Shown here one piece after another: positions 1 through 9,462 of a DNA stretch of 64,000 nt; position 1 is the stretch's first letter; every line of letters starts with the position of its first letter. Below the pieces are notes generated by a model, which did not search any database, was not told where the DNA came from, and saw only the letters and a list, made by a program, of their open reading frames with translations. The position numbers and the translations under genes were made by a program. Source of the DNA: an uncultured Lachnospiraceae bacterium (lineage in GTDB: Bacteria; Bacillota; Clostridia; Oscillospirales; CAG-272); NCBI GenBank assembly GCA_964653575.1, contig CAZZFP010000003.1, positions 5,898-69,897 on the forward strand, in the 5' to 3' direction.

Positions 1-1071
1 TATTTCTCCGTGTGAGCGGGGAAGCGTTGCTCCCACCTCGTTTGGATTTGTCACCGTGACATATTGCTCGGTGCCGCCGACAAGGTATAGCGGCTCGGAA
101 AATTCCCCCTTTTTGCAAAGCGTTACATATTCGTATGTTTCAAAGCCGTAGTCGAGCATATCGGTATGGTCTTGCCAATCATTCGGAGCATTAAGCGTAA
201 CGGCAATAAGTCTTACTCCGTCTCTCTCGGCGGCAGACACCAGACATCTGCCGGAACGCTTCGTATATCCCGTTTTTACTCCGATCGTACCGTCGTACAT
301 TCGCAGAAGCTTGTTGTGATTGATGAGCAATCTCACGCCTTCCTCGGAATTAAGTGGGATGGTCTTCTTTTCCGTAGAAAATATTTTTTCAAGCGTAGGG
401 TTTGCAAGTGCGGCGCGCGCTATGATAGCCAGGTCGTGCGCCGTGGTATAGTGTTCCTCGCTGTCAAGTCCGTGCGGGTTTTGGAAGCTTGTGTTACAAA
501 GCCCAAGAGACTTAGCCTTTTCATTCATCATATCGGCAAAGCCTTCGACGCTGCCGCCGACTTCGATCGCTATGGCAGTGGCGGCATCATTCGCGGATTC
601 AAGCAACAGCGCATAGAGCAAGTCTTCCATACAAAGCTTTTCGCCCTCGTACAGGTATATCGACGAGCCCTCGATCCCGACAGCTTGCTTTGTAACGGTT
701 ACCGTCTTTTCTATGGGGCAATTTTCTATTGCAACGAGTGCCGTCATTATCTTGGTCGTGCTCGCCATAGGAAGCTTTTTCTCTGCGTTATATTCATAAA
801 TTACGTTCCCGCTGTCGGCGTCAATAAGGATAGCACTTTCCGCCGAGACCTTGAGTGATTTTGCGGATGTAAGTATATCACTGTAATTTATAACGGAAAG
901 CTGACTTTGCGATTTTAGTGACATTCGATCGTCGTTGTCGGGATTTCCTACGGATACATACAGCACGATCAACGCCGATAAAACCAGGATGATTGTGGTA
1001 CAGATCCTGATCTTTGAGCGTGTGCTTTTTCTTTCGTTCGATATCTTACTTTTTTTACCCGTCTTTGTCAT
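1..1071 (-). CDS. D-alanyl-D-alanine carboxypeptidase (peptidase S11, low-MW PBP); C-terminus runs off the left window edge
   Basis: Absent from the ORF track because it is open at position 1. My translation of the minus strand starts at the ATG (complement of 1069-1071) and reads MTKTGKKSKISNERK..., then a TM anchor. The SxxK (ASTTK), SxN (ESAND) and KTG (VKTGYT) motifs follow in canonical order. The listed 166..858 + ORF is its antisense shadow. Confidence 0.85.
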   Translation of the reverse strand, partial: MTKTGKKSKISNERKSTRSKIRICTTIILVLSALIVLYVSVGNPDNDDRMSLKSQSQLSVINYSDILTSAKSLKVSAESAILIDADSGNVIYEYNAEKKLPMASTTKIMTALVAIENCPIEKTVTVTKQAVGIEGSSIYLYEGEKLCMEDLLYALLLESANDAATAIAIEVGGSVEGFADMMNEKAKSLGLCNTSFQNPHGLDSEEHYTTAHDLAIIARAALANPTLEKIFSTEKKTIPLNSEEGVRLLINHNKLLRMYDGTIGVKTGYTKRSGRCLVSAAERDGVRLIAVTLNAPNDWQDHTDMLDYGFETYEYVTLCKKGEFSEPLYLVGGTEQYVTVTNPNEVGATLPRSHGEI

Positions 1072-1156
1072 AGCGTCCCCCTGTATTCATATCTATCTAA
1101 ATAATATATATTTTGATACGGGTACAACTATGACTTGGAGTGCGCAAGGAAAAAAA

Positions 1157-1600
1157 TTATTCCTCGGTCGCTTCCTCGGCGTCTGATTTCTTTGAAGCTC
1201 CGCCTGCGAATGTAGCTTTTATTTTCTCTATTATTTCGGGGGATCGTTCAATAATGTCAGCTATTTGCTCGATGGGATCGTTGGGGGTCTTCATACCCAC
1301 ATTGATGAACTCAACGTTTCCCGTGCTTGTGATAACGATAAATCCGACAGGAGAGATGCTGAGACCGGTACCGCCCGCGCCACCGAAGTTCTGAAGCTTC
1401 GACATCGCAACAGCCTCGTTCTTGCCCGAGTAATCGAGACCGCCCGTAGCAAATCCGACCGAGATCTTGGAAACGGGGATTATGGTAACACCGGTTTCGG
1501 TAACGTAAGGTGTACCTATAATGGTGTTGGCATCTACTAACGAGCGTATGCTCTCAAGTGACGTACGGATTATGTCTTGAAGCTTGTTTTCTTTTTCCAT
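1157..1600 (-). CDS. ytfJ: Sporulation protein YtfJ (GerW family)
   Basis: The sequence IIGTPYVTETGVTIIPVSKISVGFATGG...GGAGGTGLSISPVGFIV is typical of YtfJ/GerW. I chose the internal ATG (MEKENK) at 1598-1600, preceded by AAAGGA, rather than the ORF-track start at 1624. Confidence 0.8.
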   Translation of the reverse strand: MEKENKLQDIIRTSLESIRSLVDANTIIGTPYVTETGVTIIPVSKISVGFATGGLDYSGKNEAVAMSKLQNFGGAGGTGLSISPVGFIVITSTGNVEFINVGMKTPNDPIEQIADIIERSPEIIEKIKATFAGGASKKSDAEEATEE

Positions 1601-1650
1601 AATAAGATTCCTTTCAAATTTCAAATATGAATGAGTTTTATATATTATGA

Positions 1651-2427
1651 TTATTTATTTGCTTGCTGTTTTTTGAGTGATTCTCTTTGCTCGATACGCT
1701 TTTTTATCATCTCGGCTCTTGCCTCTGTCCTTGCCGCGCGCTTTGCCGCACGATTCTTTGTTTTTATGAATATTTTAAGTGCTCTCAACCCGATATCAAC
1801 AAGATGCCATACCCGCAGAGAAAACGCGATCTTGATATCGACAGAGGTCGATTCAGCCGTAAAATTCGGACTGACGGATATATCCGCGCCTTCAAGCTCG
1901 TTTATATTGGTGAATTTTTCAAGAAAAGCCGCTATCGGACACACCGCTTGACATACCGCACCGTAAAGTATCGCCGTGCTTGCGGGATCTCCCGTTGCAA
2001 GATCGATACGAAGCCTCGCTACCTTGATCTTGAAGTGCTTGAAAAAACGCGTAAAAAACATAGCAAGTATATCTTTTATCATTTCGAGATTTTCTGCCAG
2101 GGTGGGCTTTCGCGCTTTTTCTCTTTGAGATATGTTCTTTTTTTGTTCTTTCTTTATCTTATTGGCTTCTTTTTTTGCTTGCTTTTTTCGTTCCTTTTCA
2201 AGCTCCTTTTTCAGCTGCTTTTTCTTTCGCCGCTCTATCTTTTTCTTGGAATAATGCCCGAGCCTGACCTTCTTTTGCTTGGTAGGCAGGATACGTATTC
2301 TGATGATCCCGAGGACCGATACCGTAAGAACGACGTCATCGCGGTATTCTATCGTGACGGTCGCTTTCAGGAAAAGTATAAAGGCGAGAAAGACAACGAT
2401 GCCGAGTAATATATAAAGTGCGAGCAT
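1651..2427 (-). CDS. DUF2953-like sporulation-associated membrane protein (YtfI-like)
   Basis: It has an N-terminal TM helix, a very basic K/R/E-rich linker and a C-terminal domain, and sits directly upstream of ytfJ as ytfI does in Bacillus. I chose the start at MLALY (2425-2427), preceded by GGAGAT. The family assignment is from memory of the architecture. Confidence 0.6.
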   Translation of the reverse strand: MLALYILLGIVVFLAFILFLKATVTIEYRDDVVLTVSVLGIIRIRILPTKQKKVRLGHYSKKKIERRKKKQLKKELEKERKKQAKKEANKIKKEQKKNISQREKARKPTLAENLEMIKDILAMFFTRFFKHFKIKVARLRIDLATGDPASTAILYGAVCQAVCPIAAFLEKFTNINELEGADISVSPNFTAESTSVDIKIAFSLRVWHLVDIGLRALKIFIKTKNRAAKRAARTEARAEMIKKRIEQRESLKKQQANK

Positions 2428-2481
2428 ATTATCTCCATTCCGCCGCCCGCAGCGGCACAAAGTTAAGCGGATGCTTCCGTA

Positions 2482-3123
2482 TCATTCCTCGGACGGAACC
2501 TTGATATCCGCCTCGTCGGGCACCTCTTCTTTATCGGCGCTCTGTGCTTCAATGCCCTCGGCACCCTCTTCGTTCGGAACAGTAAGGTACTCTGCCACGG
2601 GAAGCTCTTCAAGCGAGTTGAGACCGAACACACGCAGAAATTTATCCGTTGTTTTGTAAAGCATAGGTCTGCCGGGCGCGTCGAGTCTGCCACACGATTC
2701 TATCAGTTCCTTATCTATAAGAGAATTGGTCGCATAGGTACTGTCGGTACCTCTGACGGCATCGATAAACGAGCGGGTAACGGGTTGATTGTACGCAACG
2801 ATCGCAAGCACCTCAAGTGAAGAATTGGAAAGGTTGCCGCCTTTGCGTATTCCGAGTGCCTCTCTTATGTAAGGCGCAAATTGCTCTTTGGTACAGAGTT
2901 GGCAGCTTGCACTCTCGGGGTAATTTACGAGCATTATGCCCCTGCCGCTTTCCTCGTCCGCGTATGTAGCCGCCAGATGCTCCGTAAGTATCTTGATCTC
3001 CTTTACGCCCACACCGAGCACCTCGGAGAGCTTTTCGTACTTTACGGGATGACCCGCCGCAAAGAGTATCGCCTCTATTGCCGCTTTAAGATCATTTACT
3101 ATCGAAAGATTTTGTTCGTCCAT
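2482..3123 (-). CDS. scpB: Segregation and condensation protein B
   Basis: The N-terminus ...LKAAIEAILFAAGHPV... and the motif AYNQPVTRSFIDAVRG are ScpB hallmarks. It lies downstream of scpA. Confidence 0.9.
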   Translation of the reverse strand: MDEQNLSIVNDLKAAIEAILFAAGHPVKYEKLSEVLGVGVKEIKILTEHLAATYADEESGRGIMLVNYPESASCQLCTKEQFAPYIREALGIRKGGNLSNSSLEVLAIVAYNQPVTRSFIDAVRGTDSTYATNSLIDKELIESCGRLDAPGRPMLYKTTDKFLRVFGLNSLEELPVAEYLTVPNEEGAEGIEAQSADKEEVPDEADIKVPSEE

Positions 3124-3153
3124 TTTGTTTTTTCCGTTTCTGTCTTAGCTTTT

Positions 3154-4008
3154 TTATGATCGTTCGTCCGAGCTGTCGTTCGTTTCCGTATATTTTTCCG
3201 TGTCGGGATCTTCTGCGAACTCCGTATCTCCGTCTTTGCCGTCTCCGATCACGGGGATCTCGGCGTCGGGATTGTATATCAGCTTCGTATCGATTCCGTG
3301 CATAACGGATCTTGCGTAATCTTCCTCGTCTATGATGAGAGTTTTGGTCTTTATCAGTTCAAGAACGCCGAGGAAAGTGGCAACGATCTCGGGAATATCC
3401 GGATTTTCGCCCGAGAACGAGAGCAGATCTCTTATCGTCGAGGCACGTTTCTTTGAAAGCCTGTGTACGATCGTACGGATCTTTTTGTCGATCGATATCA
3501 TAGGCTTACGTATCATCGGTGTGAACACCTCGGTGTTTTCCTTTACCGTGGTACGTGATCTTGCGTTGATCTTGCTTACCGCGTTTACAAGCGACATAGG
3601 ATCTTGATCGAGCACAAATGTGCGATCGACGGAGATCTCATCGGTGTCCTTTACCATTCTTCCCGAAAAGACGGTGTACAGTGCCGACAGCTTGGACGCT
3701 ACTTGTTTTGCCTGTTGAAAACGCAAAAGAGCATCCGTTATTCGAGCGCGCGGATCTTCTGTCTCGGTTACGGGGCGGGGAAGCAGCATCTTGCTTTTTA
3801 TGAGCATAAGCTCCGCCGCCATTACGAGAAATTCACCGAGGGTATCCATATCTTCAATGCCCGCATCACGTATATACTCAACGTATTGATCGCATATGAA
3901 GGATATGGGGATATCGAATATATCTATCTTATTTTTCGATATCATACTGAGCAAGACGTCAAGCGGTCCGTCAAATTGCCCTATATGGTATTGTAAAGTA
4001 TTATCCAT
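3154..4008 (-). CDS. scpA: Segregation and condensation protein A (kleisin)
   Basis: The N-terminus FDGPLDVLLSMISKNKIDIFDIPIS is the conserved ScpA motif. It is adjacent to scpB. Confidence 0.9.
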   Translation of the reverse strand: MDNTLQYHIGQFDGPLDVLLSMISKNKIDIFDIPISFICDQYVEYIRDAGIEDMDTLGEFLVMAAELMLIKSKMLLPRPVTETEDPRARITDALLRFQQAKQVASKLSALYTVFSGRMVKDTDEISVDRTFVLDQDPMSLVNAVSKINARSRTTVKENTEVFTPMIRKPMISIDKKIRTIVHRLSKKRASTIRDLLSFSGENPDIPEIVATFLGVLELIKTKTLIIDEEDYARSVMHGIDTKLIYNPDAEIPVIGDGKDGDTEFAEDPDTEKYTETNDSSDERS

Positions 4009-4011
4009 CTG

Positions 4012-4785
4012 TTAGCCCAATCCGTTTCCGACGTAGTAAAGCAGGACATTTAATTCTGTTTTCGGCATAAAAGATATGTTGAAAAGTCCCTTATTCACTA
4101 TAAAGTCTGTGACATATCCGAGCGGACCGCTTATAAATCCCAAAGCGACCACTATCATAAATGCGATATAAATATACTTTTCATATTTCATAATGCCGAA
4201 ATACCATTTTGACGGAAGGAAAATATAGAGTATTCTCGAGCCGTCAAGCGGATTTATCGGTATCAAATTGAATATTGCAAGGCTTACGTTTATTGATATA
4301 CCGAGATAGAGCATATACACGAGCAAAGAGATCGCGGTAACTGCAGGCGGAACCTCAAATCCGGTGCTGTAAAATAAGTATCCTATGAGATCCGAATAGA
4401 TGCTCTCTCCGAACATAGTCGGAAAGAGGAACATAGTCAAACGCAGAAGGATCGTGAATATTATCGCAAGTATAAGGTTTGAAACGGGACCCGCAAGTGC
4501 CGTAAGCGCCATATCTCGACGCGGCTTTTCAAAATTTCTCGCATTTACGGGTACGGGCTTTGCCCAACCGAAATGGAAAAGTATCATACATATAAAACCT
4601 ATCGGATCAATATGCTTTAGCGGATTCATAGTTATCCTTCCGAAATTTCGAGCCGTCGGATCGCCAAGCTTATCTGCGGCGTATGCGTGCGACATTTCGT
4701 GAAAGGAAAGAGATATGAGGATTACCGGCAGACCAAGCAAATAATACGGTAGACTTTGAGCAAATGAGGAGAATATACCGTTCAT
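4012..4785 (-). CDS. Site-2 protease family (peptidase M50) membrane metalloprotease
   Basis: It has an HExxH motif (HEMSHAY) in a TM helix, a polytopic hydrophobic profile, and NLIPINPLDGSR, which matches the M50 second metal-ligand motif. Confidence 0.8.
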   Translation of the reverse strand: MNGIFSSFAQSLPYYLLGLPVILISLSFHEMSHAYAADKLGDPTARNFGRITMNPLKHIDPIGFICMILFHFGWAKPVPVNARNFEKPRRDMALTALAGPVSNLILAIIFTILLRLTMFLFPTMFGESIYSDLIGYLFYSTGFEVPPAVTAISLLVYMLYLGISINVSLAIFNLIPINPLDGSRILYIFLPSKWYFGIMKYEKYIYIAFMIVVALGFISGPLGYVTDFIVNKGLFNISFMPKTELNVLLYYVGNGLG

Positions 4786-4837
4786 TCTACTTACCGTCCT
4801 TTCTTGTTAGGTAGTATTTGCGGATGATGATATTTCA

Positions 4838-5446
4838 TCACTTTATTTCCGCGTAAGAAATTATCAATTGCCAAAGCTCGGAGCGTCCTTCGTTTTTCAA
4901 TGCCGAGAAGGGTACTACGGGGATGTCCTTCCCAATGAGAGGGTGTTCTGCTATCTTTGTAAGGCTTGCGGCTCTTTCGGTCTTATTGAGCTTGTCGATT
5001 TTGGTTACTGCCACAATGAAAGGGATGTTTGCCTCTCTCAGCCAATTGAGCATAGTTTCGTCATCCTTTGTCGGACCCGTGCGGCTGTCGATCAGCTGGA
5101 CTACGAGTTTCAGACGGTCGATGTTTTTGTTGTCGGTAAAATATCCGTCTGTCAGCTTCGACCAACGTTGCTTTTCCTCAAAAGTGCGTTTGGCGTAACC
5201 GTATCCGGGAAGATCGACAAGATAGAGCTTTTTATCGATGCAGTAAAAATTAATCGTTATGGTTTTTCCCGGCGATGAGCTTACCCTTGCCAGGGATTTT
5301 CTGTTGAGAAGAGAATTTATAAGCGAGCTTTTGCCGACGTTTGACCGTCCCGAAAGCGCTATCTGCGGCAGAGCGTCCGACGGGAACTGCTTTGTGAGTC
5401 CCGCGGTTATTTTCAACTCAGCATTTTGTGTATTCAGAATTGCCAT
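4838..5446 (-). CDS. engB: Ribosome-biogenesis GTPase EngB/YsxC
   Basis: It has the G1 motif GRSNVGKSSLIN, the motif DLPGYGYA, and TKIDK (G4). It lies downstream of lon as in Bacillus. Confidence 0.9.
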   Translation of the reverse strand: MAILNTQNAELKITAGLTKQFPSDALPQIALSGRSNVGKSSLINSLLNRKSLARVSSSPGKTITINFYCIDKKLYLVDLPGYGYAKRTFEEKQRWSKLTDGYFTDNKNIDRLKLVVQLIDSRTGPTKDDETMLNWLREANIPFIVAVTKIDKLNKTERAASLTKIAEHPLIGKDIPVVPFSALKNEGRSELWQLIISYAEIK

Positions 5447-5478
5447 AATGTCTCCTTGATATTTTGTGTATTAAGGGG

Positions 5479-7860
5479 TCAACGGACGAGTGCCGCACGA
5501 AGAACCTCTCCTATTTCGGAGCAGGGAATAAAGCTTACGTTTTCGAGCACGGTTTTGTCTACGTCTTCGAGCATAGGCTCGTTATCCTTTGGGATAATGA
5601 TCGTCCTGATACCGGCTTGATATGCCGCCATTGTTTTTTCTTTGAGCCCGCCTATCGGCAGTACGTGCCCGCGCAGTGAAAGCTCGCCCGTCATTGCCAC
5701 GTCGTGGCGCACTTTTATTCCGCTGAGCGCGCTGACAAGTGCTGTACACATAGTGATACCTGCGGACGGACCGTCTTTCGGAACTGCCCCGCCGGGAACG
5801 TGGATATGTATATCCTTGCTTTCGGTAAAATCTGCGGTGTATCCGTATTCCGATGCAACGGTGCGTGCACACGTCACGGCTATGCTTGCGGACTCCTTCA
5901 TAACGTCACCGAGCGAGCCTGTCAGATTGAGCTTGCCCTTGCCATCCGTGATGACCGCCTCGACCTCAAGTGTGTCGCCTCCGACCTGCGTGTATGCAAG
6001 TCCCGTTACCGCGCCCACTTCGTCATCCTCGGATAATCTGTCCGGTACTATCTTCCGCGCGCCGAGAAAATCCTTGACGTTCTTGTCGGTGACGGTAAAA
6101 CGCTTTACGCCTTCACCTGCCGATGAGCTGAGCATATCTTCATATTCTTTTGCGTATTTTCTGGCAATATCCGCTATCGTTCGTTCAAGGTTTCTGACAC
6201 CTGCCTCGCGGGTGTATCCGTCGATGATCTCATAGATCGCGCCGTCCGTAAATCTCAGAAGATTTCCATTGAGTCCGTGACGCTTTATCTGCTTCGGGAT
6301 TAAATGCCTTTTTGCTATCATAAGCTTTTCGGTACGAGTGTATATACCGAGCTCGATAACTTCCATACGGTCGAGCAACGGACGAGGTATATTCTCAAGC
6401 GAGTTTGCGGTCGCTACGAAGAACACATCGGAAAGATCGAACGGAAATTCAACAAAATGATCTCTGAAAGTGCAATTTTGTTCGGAGTCAAGCACTTCAA
6501 GCATAGCGGCACACGGATCTCCGTGATTGTCACTTGCCATTTTATCTATCTCGTCAAGCAGCATAAGGGGATTGTTGACCCCCGCTTGCTCGATAGCGGT
6601 GATTATCCTTCCGGGCATAGCGCCTATGTAGGTCTTTCTGTGACCTCTTATCTCCGCTTCGTCACGTATGCCGCCGAGCGAAACACGGACATATTTGCGT
6701 CCGAGGGCTCTTGCAACAGATGATGCGATTGAGGTTTTTCCCGTTCCGGGAGGACCTACAAGACAAAGAATCTGACTTTTTACGTCGGGATTGAGCTTTC
6801 TTACCGCAAGAAATTCAAGTATGCGTTCTTTCACTTTCTCAAGCCCGTAGTGGTCATTTTCAAGTATACGGCTTGCCGCTTTTACGTCAACCGTGCTCTG
6901 TGTTGATTTCGTCCAGGGAAGATCAAGGCAAAGCTCTATGTGATTTTCAAGCACTGTCAGCTCTGCCGAACCGAAGGGGATCCTTGACATACGGTTACAT
7001 TCCTTTGTCAACCCTTCTCGAACCTCATTCGGAAGTGATGCGTTGTCTATGCGTTCCATAAGCTCGCTTGACGGATCAAGCTGACCGCCCTCTCCGAGCT
7101 CGTCTCGTATTACATTCAGCTCCTCGCGTAAGAAATAATCCTTTTGCGCCTTATTCAGGCGTTTTTGCGTTTTTCTGTGAATCGAAGCAGCGTATTGCAT
7201 AACCTTTAGCTGCTTTTCAAGCAAGCATATGAGCAGCTCGGCACGTCTCAGAGGATCGAAACATTCGAGTATCTCACGTCTGTCGTCATACGAGGTCAGT
7301 ATGCCCGAAGATGAAACAAGATCGGCGTATACCCCGGGATCCCTGATCTTTTCGAGCAATATAAACAGCTCGTCAAGATTTTGCGGAAGCCCTCCGGCAA
7401 TTTCGGAAGCCGCGGTGTGCATATCTTTTATGAGTAACTTGGATCTTTCCGTGCCTATTTCGTCGCAAACTATGTCCTTAACGGTCGCGTTTGCAATATA
7501 GTATGATTTTGCCAAATAGCAAGAGTTTATCTCGGCTCTGTGAAGTCCCGCACAAACAACGCGCTTGTAAGTCTTTCCGTCGGGACTTTTTGTCGCCGAT
7601 ATTACATTTGCTACGGTTCCGACGGAAAAGAAATCCTTCATTTCAAGTCCGTTAAGCTCGGAATCCGCCTTATCTTTGTTTTTTGAAGTCAGGGAGAGAA
7701 GCAGGATATGCCCGCCGTTGAGTAGTGCGGAACGGATCGCCTCACCCGTGTATCCATCGCTGATGTCGAATGCGATGTTTGATGACGGATATGCGACCAC
7801 GCCCTTGAGTATCACGACGGGCAGAGCCATATCTCCGATCGTTTCTCTATATATAGCCAT
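5479..7860 (-). CDS. lon: ATP-dependent Lon protease (LonA)
   Basis: The 793-aa product has an N-terminal LON domain, Walker A GPPGTGKTS, and the protease serine motif PKDGPSAGI. Confidence 0.95.
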   Translation of the reverse strand: MAIYRETIGDMALPVVILKGVVAYPSSNIAFDISDGYTGEAIRSALLNGGHILLLSLTSKNKDKADSELNGLEMKDFFSVGTVANVISATKSPDGKTYKRVVCAGLHRAEINSCYLAKSYYIANATVKDIVCDEIGTERSKLLIKDMHTAASEIAGGLPQNLDELFILLEKIRDPGVYADLVSSSGILTSYDDRREILECFDPLRRAELLICLLEKQLKVMQYAASIHRKTQKRLNKAQKDYFLREELNVIRDELGEGGQLDPSSELMERIDNASLPNEVREGLTKECNRMSRIPFGSAELTVLENHIELCLDLPWTKSTQSTVDVKAASRILENDHYGLEKVKERILEFLAVRKLNPDVKSQILCLVGPPGTGKTSIASSVARALGRKYVRVSLGGIRDEAEIRGHRKTYIGAMPGRIITAIEQAGVNNPLMLLDEIDKMASDNHGDPCAAMLEVLDSEQNCTFRDHFVEFPFDLSDVFFVATANSLENIPRPLLDRMEVIELGIYTRTEKLMIAKRHLIPKQIKRHGLNGNLLRFTDGAIYEIIDGYTREAGVRNLERTIADIARKYAKEYEDMLSSSAGEGVKRFTVTDKNVKDFLGARKIVPDRLSEDDEVGAVTGLAYTQVGGDTLEVEAVITDGKGKLNLTGSLGDVMKESASIAVTCARTVASEYGYTADFTESKDIHIHVPGGAVPKDGPSAGITMCTALVSALSGIKVRHDVAMTGELSLRGHVLPIGGLKEKTMAAYQAGIRTIIIPKDNEPMLEDVDKTVLENVSFIPCSEIGEVLRAALVR

Positions 7861-7894
7861 AAAAGCAATAACATCCTTTCTGTGTCACGTCTCG

Positions 7895-7924
7895 GAGGTC
7901 AGTAAAAAGAGTAATACTGACCTC
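7895..7924 (-). promoter_or_regulatory. Perfect 10-bp inverted repeat (GAGGTCAGTA-N10-TACTGACCTC) in the lon leader
   Basis: Read directly from the sequence. It lies between the putative lon -10 element (7943-7948) and the lon start codon (7860). Confidence 0.4.
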
Positions 7925-7942
7925 AGCATATATCATTCATAT

Positions 7943-7971
7943 ATTATAGCACACTTCTCACACTTTTTCCA
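7943..7971 (-). promoter_or_regulatory. Putative sigma-A promoter of lon (TGGAAA-N17-TATAAT with TGc extended -10)
   Basis: The minus strand reads tggaaa-aagtgtgagaagtgtgc-tataat. The -10 hexamer is consensus and the -35 matches 4 of 6. Confidence 0.4.
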
Positions 7972-8020
7972 TACCTTATAATAAAATTTACAAATGTAAT
8001 GTTAAAAATATCCGTAGATG

Positions 8021-8074
8021 CGAAAAGAAAAAGCCATTTTGCGGCACATCTGACGTGCTTTCGAAAATGGCTTT
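8021..8074 (-). terminator. Rho-independent terminator of the Gfo/Idh/MocA gene
   Basis: An 11-bp stem pairs aaagccatttt with aaaatggcttt. On the minus strand it is followed by tttcttttc. Confidence 0.7.
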
Positions 8075-8112
8075 CTCGTTTTTATGTGTTATACATCATA
8101 CATCACTTTTTA

Positions 8113-9189
8113 TCAGACGTGAACTGCCTCGTCGTTTTCGATCTTTACGACGGCTCCCGTTCTGTCGGATTCAAATGCGGCTTCCATTATCTTCATAACC
8201 CTCATAAGCTGAGCGTGCGTTACTATCTGGCTCTCAAGACCGTCAACGGCTTTTACAACATTACGATAAAAGTCGTGAACATCTGACGCCATTCTTTCGA
8301 TCTCGTATGTTTCCGTGGTCTTTTCGTCCCTCGGTGCCATAGTCTTTGTGAGACCTGCGGATGTTACAACGGGAGTAACGTTCTGCTCGTACCACTTTTT
8401 GCAAGTGACTACCTTGCAGGGATCCTTCCAATCGTTGACCATCGCGGTGCCGTTGGTGCCCGCCATATAGAAGCGGGGCATAGATATGAAATGAGAGGTT
8501 CCGACCTCTATCCTTCCCGTGATTCCGTCCTCAAAATACAGATCGAGTCTGAAGCCGTCATCGACTTCATCGTTGGTCAGATGATCGCAACGACAGTATA
8601 CCGATTCAACTCTCTTGTCATAAACGATCCCGAGCATCTGGTCGATCAAATGTACGCCCCAATCCAGGATCATTCCGCCGCCTTGTTCCTTTCTCCCTCT
8701 CCAATCTCCGGGGATGCCTCTTGAACCTTGTATTCTCGATTCGACGTCGAACACCTTCCCGAGGTCTCCGCACTTGTAAGCGATCTTCATCATACGGTAG
8801 TCAACATCCCACCGTCTGTTTTGGTGTGTCGTAAAAAGCTTGCCGTATTTTTTTGAAGCGTCTATCATTTCCCGAAGATCCGCGCTCGAAAGAGTAACCG
8901 GCTTTTCGGTAATGACGTTTTTGCCCGCACGAAGTGCGGCGATGGCGATAGGCTTATGCACCTCATTCGGTGTAGCTATCGTTACGATGTCTACCTTGGG
9001 GTCGTTCAGCACGGCTTCGAGAGAGTCGTACGCGAATATTCCGTTTTGCCGTGCAAGCTCGGCACGTTCGAGTTTTATATCGTATATACCGGCGAGATGG
9101 CAAACATCACTTTCAAGCAAATATCTTGTATGCCAGCCTCCCATTCCGCCGTATCCTATTACAACAACATTTTTTTTATCTGAACTCAT
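8113..9189 (-). CDS. Gfo/Idh/MocA family NAD(P)-dependent oxidoreductase
   Basis: It has an N-terminal Rossmann motif VVVIGYGGMGGWH, an EKP motif (ITEKPV) and a C-terminal alpha/beta domain. Confidence 0.85.
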   Translation of the reverse strand: MSSDKKNVVVIGYGGMGGWHTRYLLESDVCHLAGIYDIKLERAELARQNGIFAYDSLEAVLNDPKVDIVTIATPNEVHKPIAIAALRAGKNVITEKPVTLSSADLREMIDASKKYGKLFTTHQNRRWDVDYRMMKIAYKCGDLGKVFDVESRIQGSRGIPGDWRGRKEQGGGMILDWGVHLIDQMLGIVYDKRVESVYCRCDHLTNDEVDDGFRLDLYFEDGITGRIEVGTSHFISMPRFYMAGTNGTAMVNDWKDPCKVVTCKKWYEQNVTPVVTSAGLTKTMAPRDEKTTETYEIERMASDVHDFYRNVVKAVDGLESQIVTHAQLMRVMKIMEAAFESDRTGAVVKIENDEAVHV

Positions 9190-9382
9190 ATCCGTTTTAG
9201 GGTCAATATAAAAGACCTTTTTCCTCCGTGAATGTTTGATCGTGTATTACGCTTTATGATTATTGTAAGACAAATTATGCGCTATTTCAAGTCAAAAATG
9301 GATAACTGATAGACATTATTTGCGTTTTTTGAATTTGCCAAGGCTTTTTGCACATTCGAAGTCAAAAAATCATCAAAAGCAC

Positions 9383-9411
9383 TTGCGAAAAAAAGAAAAT
9401 TATTGTATAAT
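9383..9411 (+). promoter_or_regulatory. Putative sigma-A promoter of lepA (TTGCGA-N17-TATAAT)
   Basis: Hexamers and the 17-nt spacer were read directly. It lies about 50 nt upstream of the lepA ATG. Confidence 0.5.
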
Positions 9412-9462
9412 AGTAGGGATAAAAGCGACAGGTAAAATGCCTAAACGCAGAAAAAGGAAAAC

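Noticed and set aside
166-858. A 230-aa plus-strand ORF at the left edge.
   Set aside because: It is antisense to a clearly recognisable D-Ala-D-Ala carboxypeptidase (SxxK, SxN and KTG motifs) on the minus strand. It has no motifs of its own and an odd, R/F-rich composition.
7895-7924. The lon leader repeat read as a CtsR or HrcA/CIRCE operator.
   Set aside because: CtsR boxes are direct heptad repeats (GGTCAAA-NAN-GGTCAAA) and CIRCE is TTAGCACTC-N9-GAGTGCTAA. This element is an inverted repeat with a different sequence, so I keep it only as an unassigned regulatory candidate.
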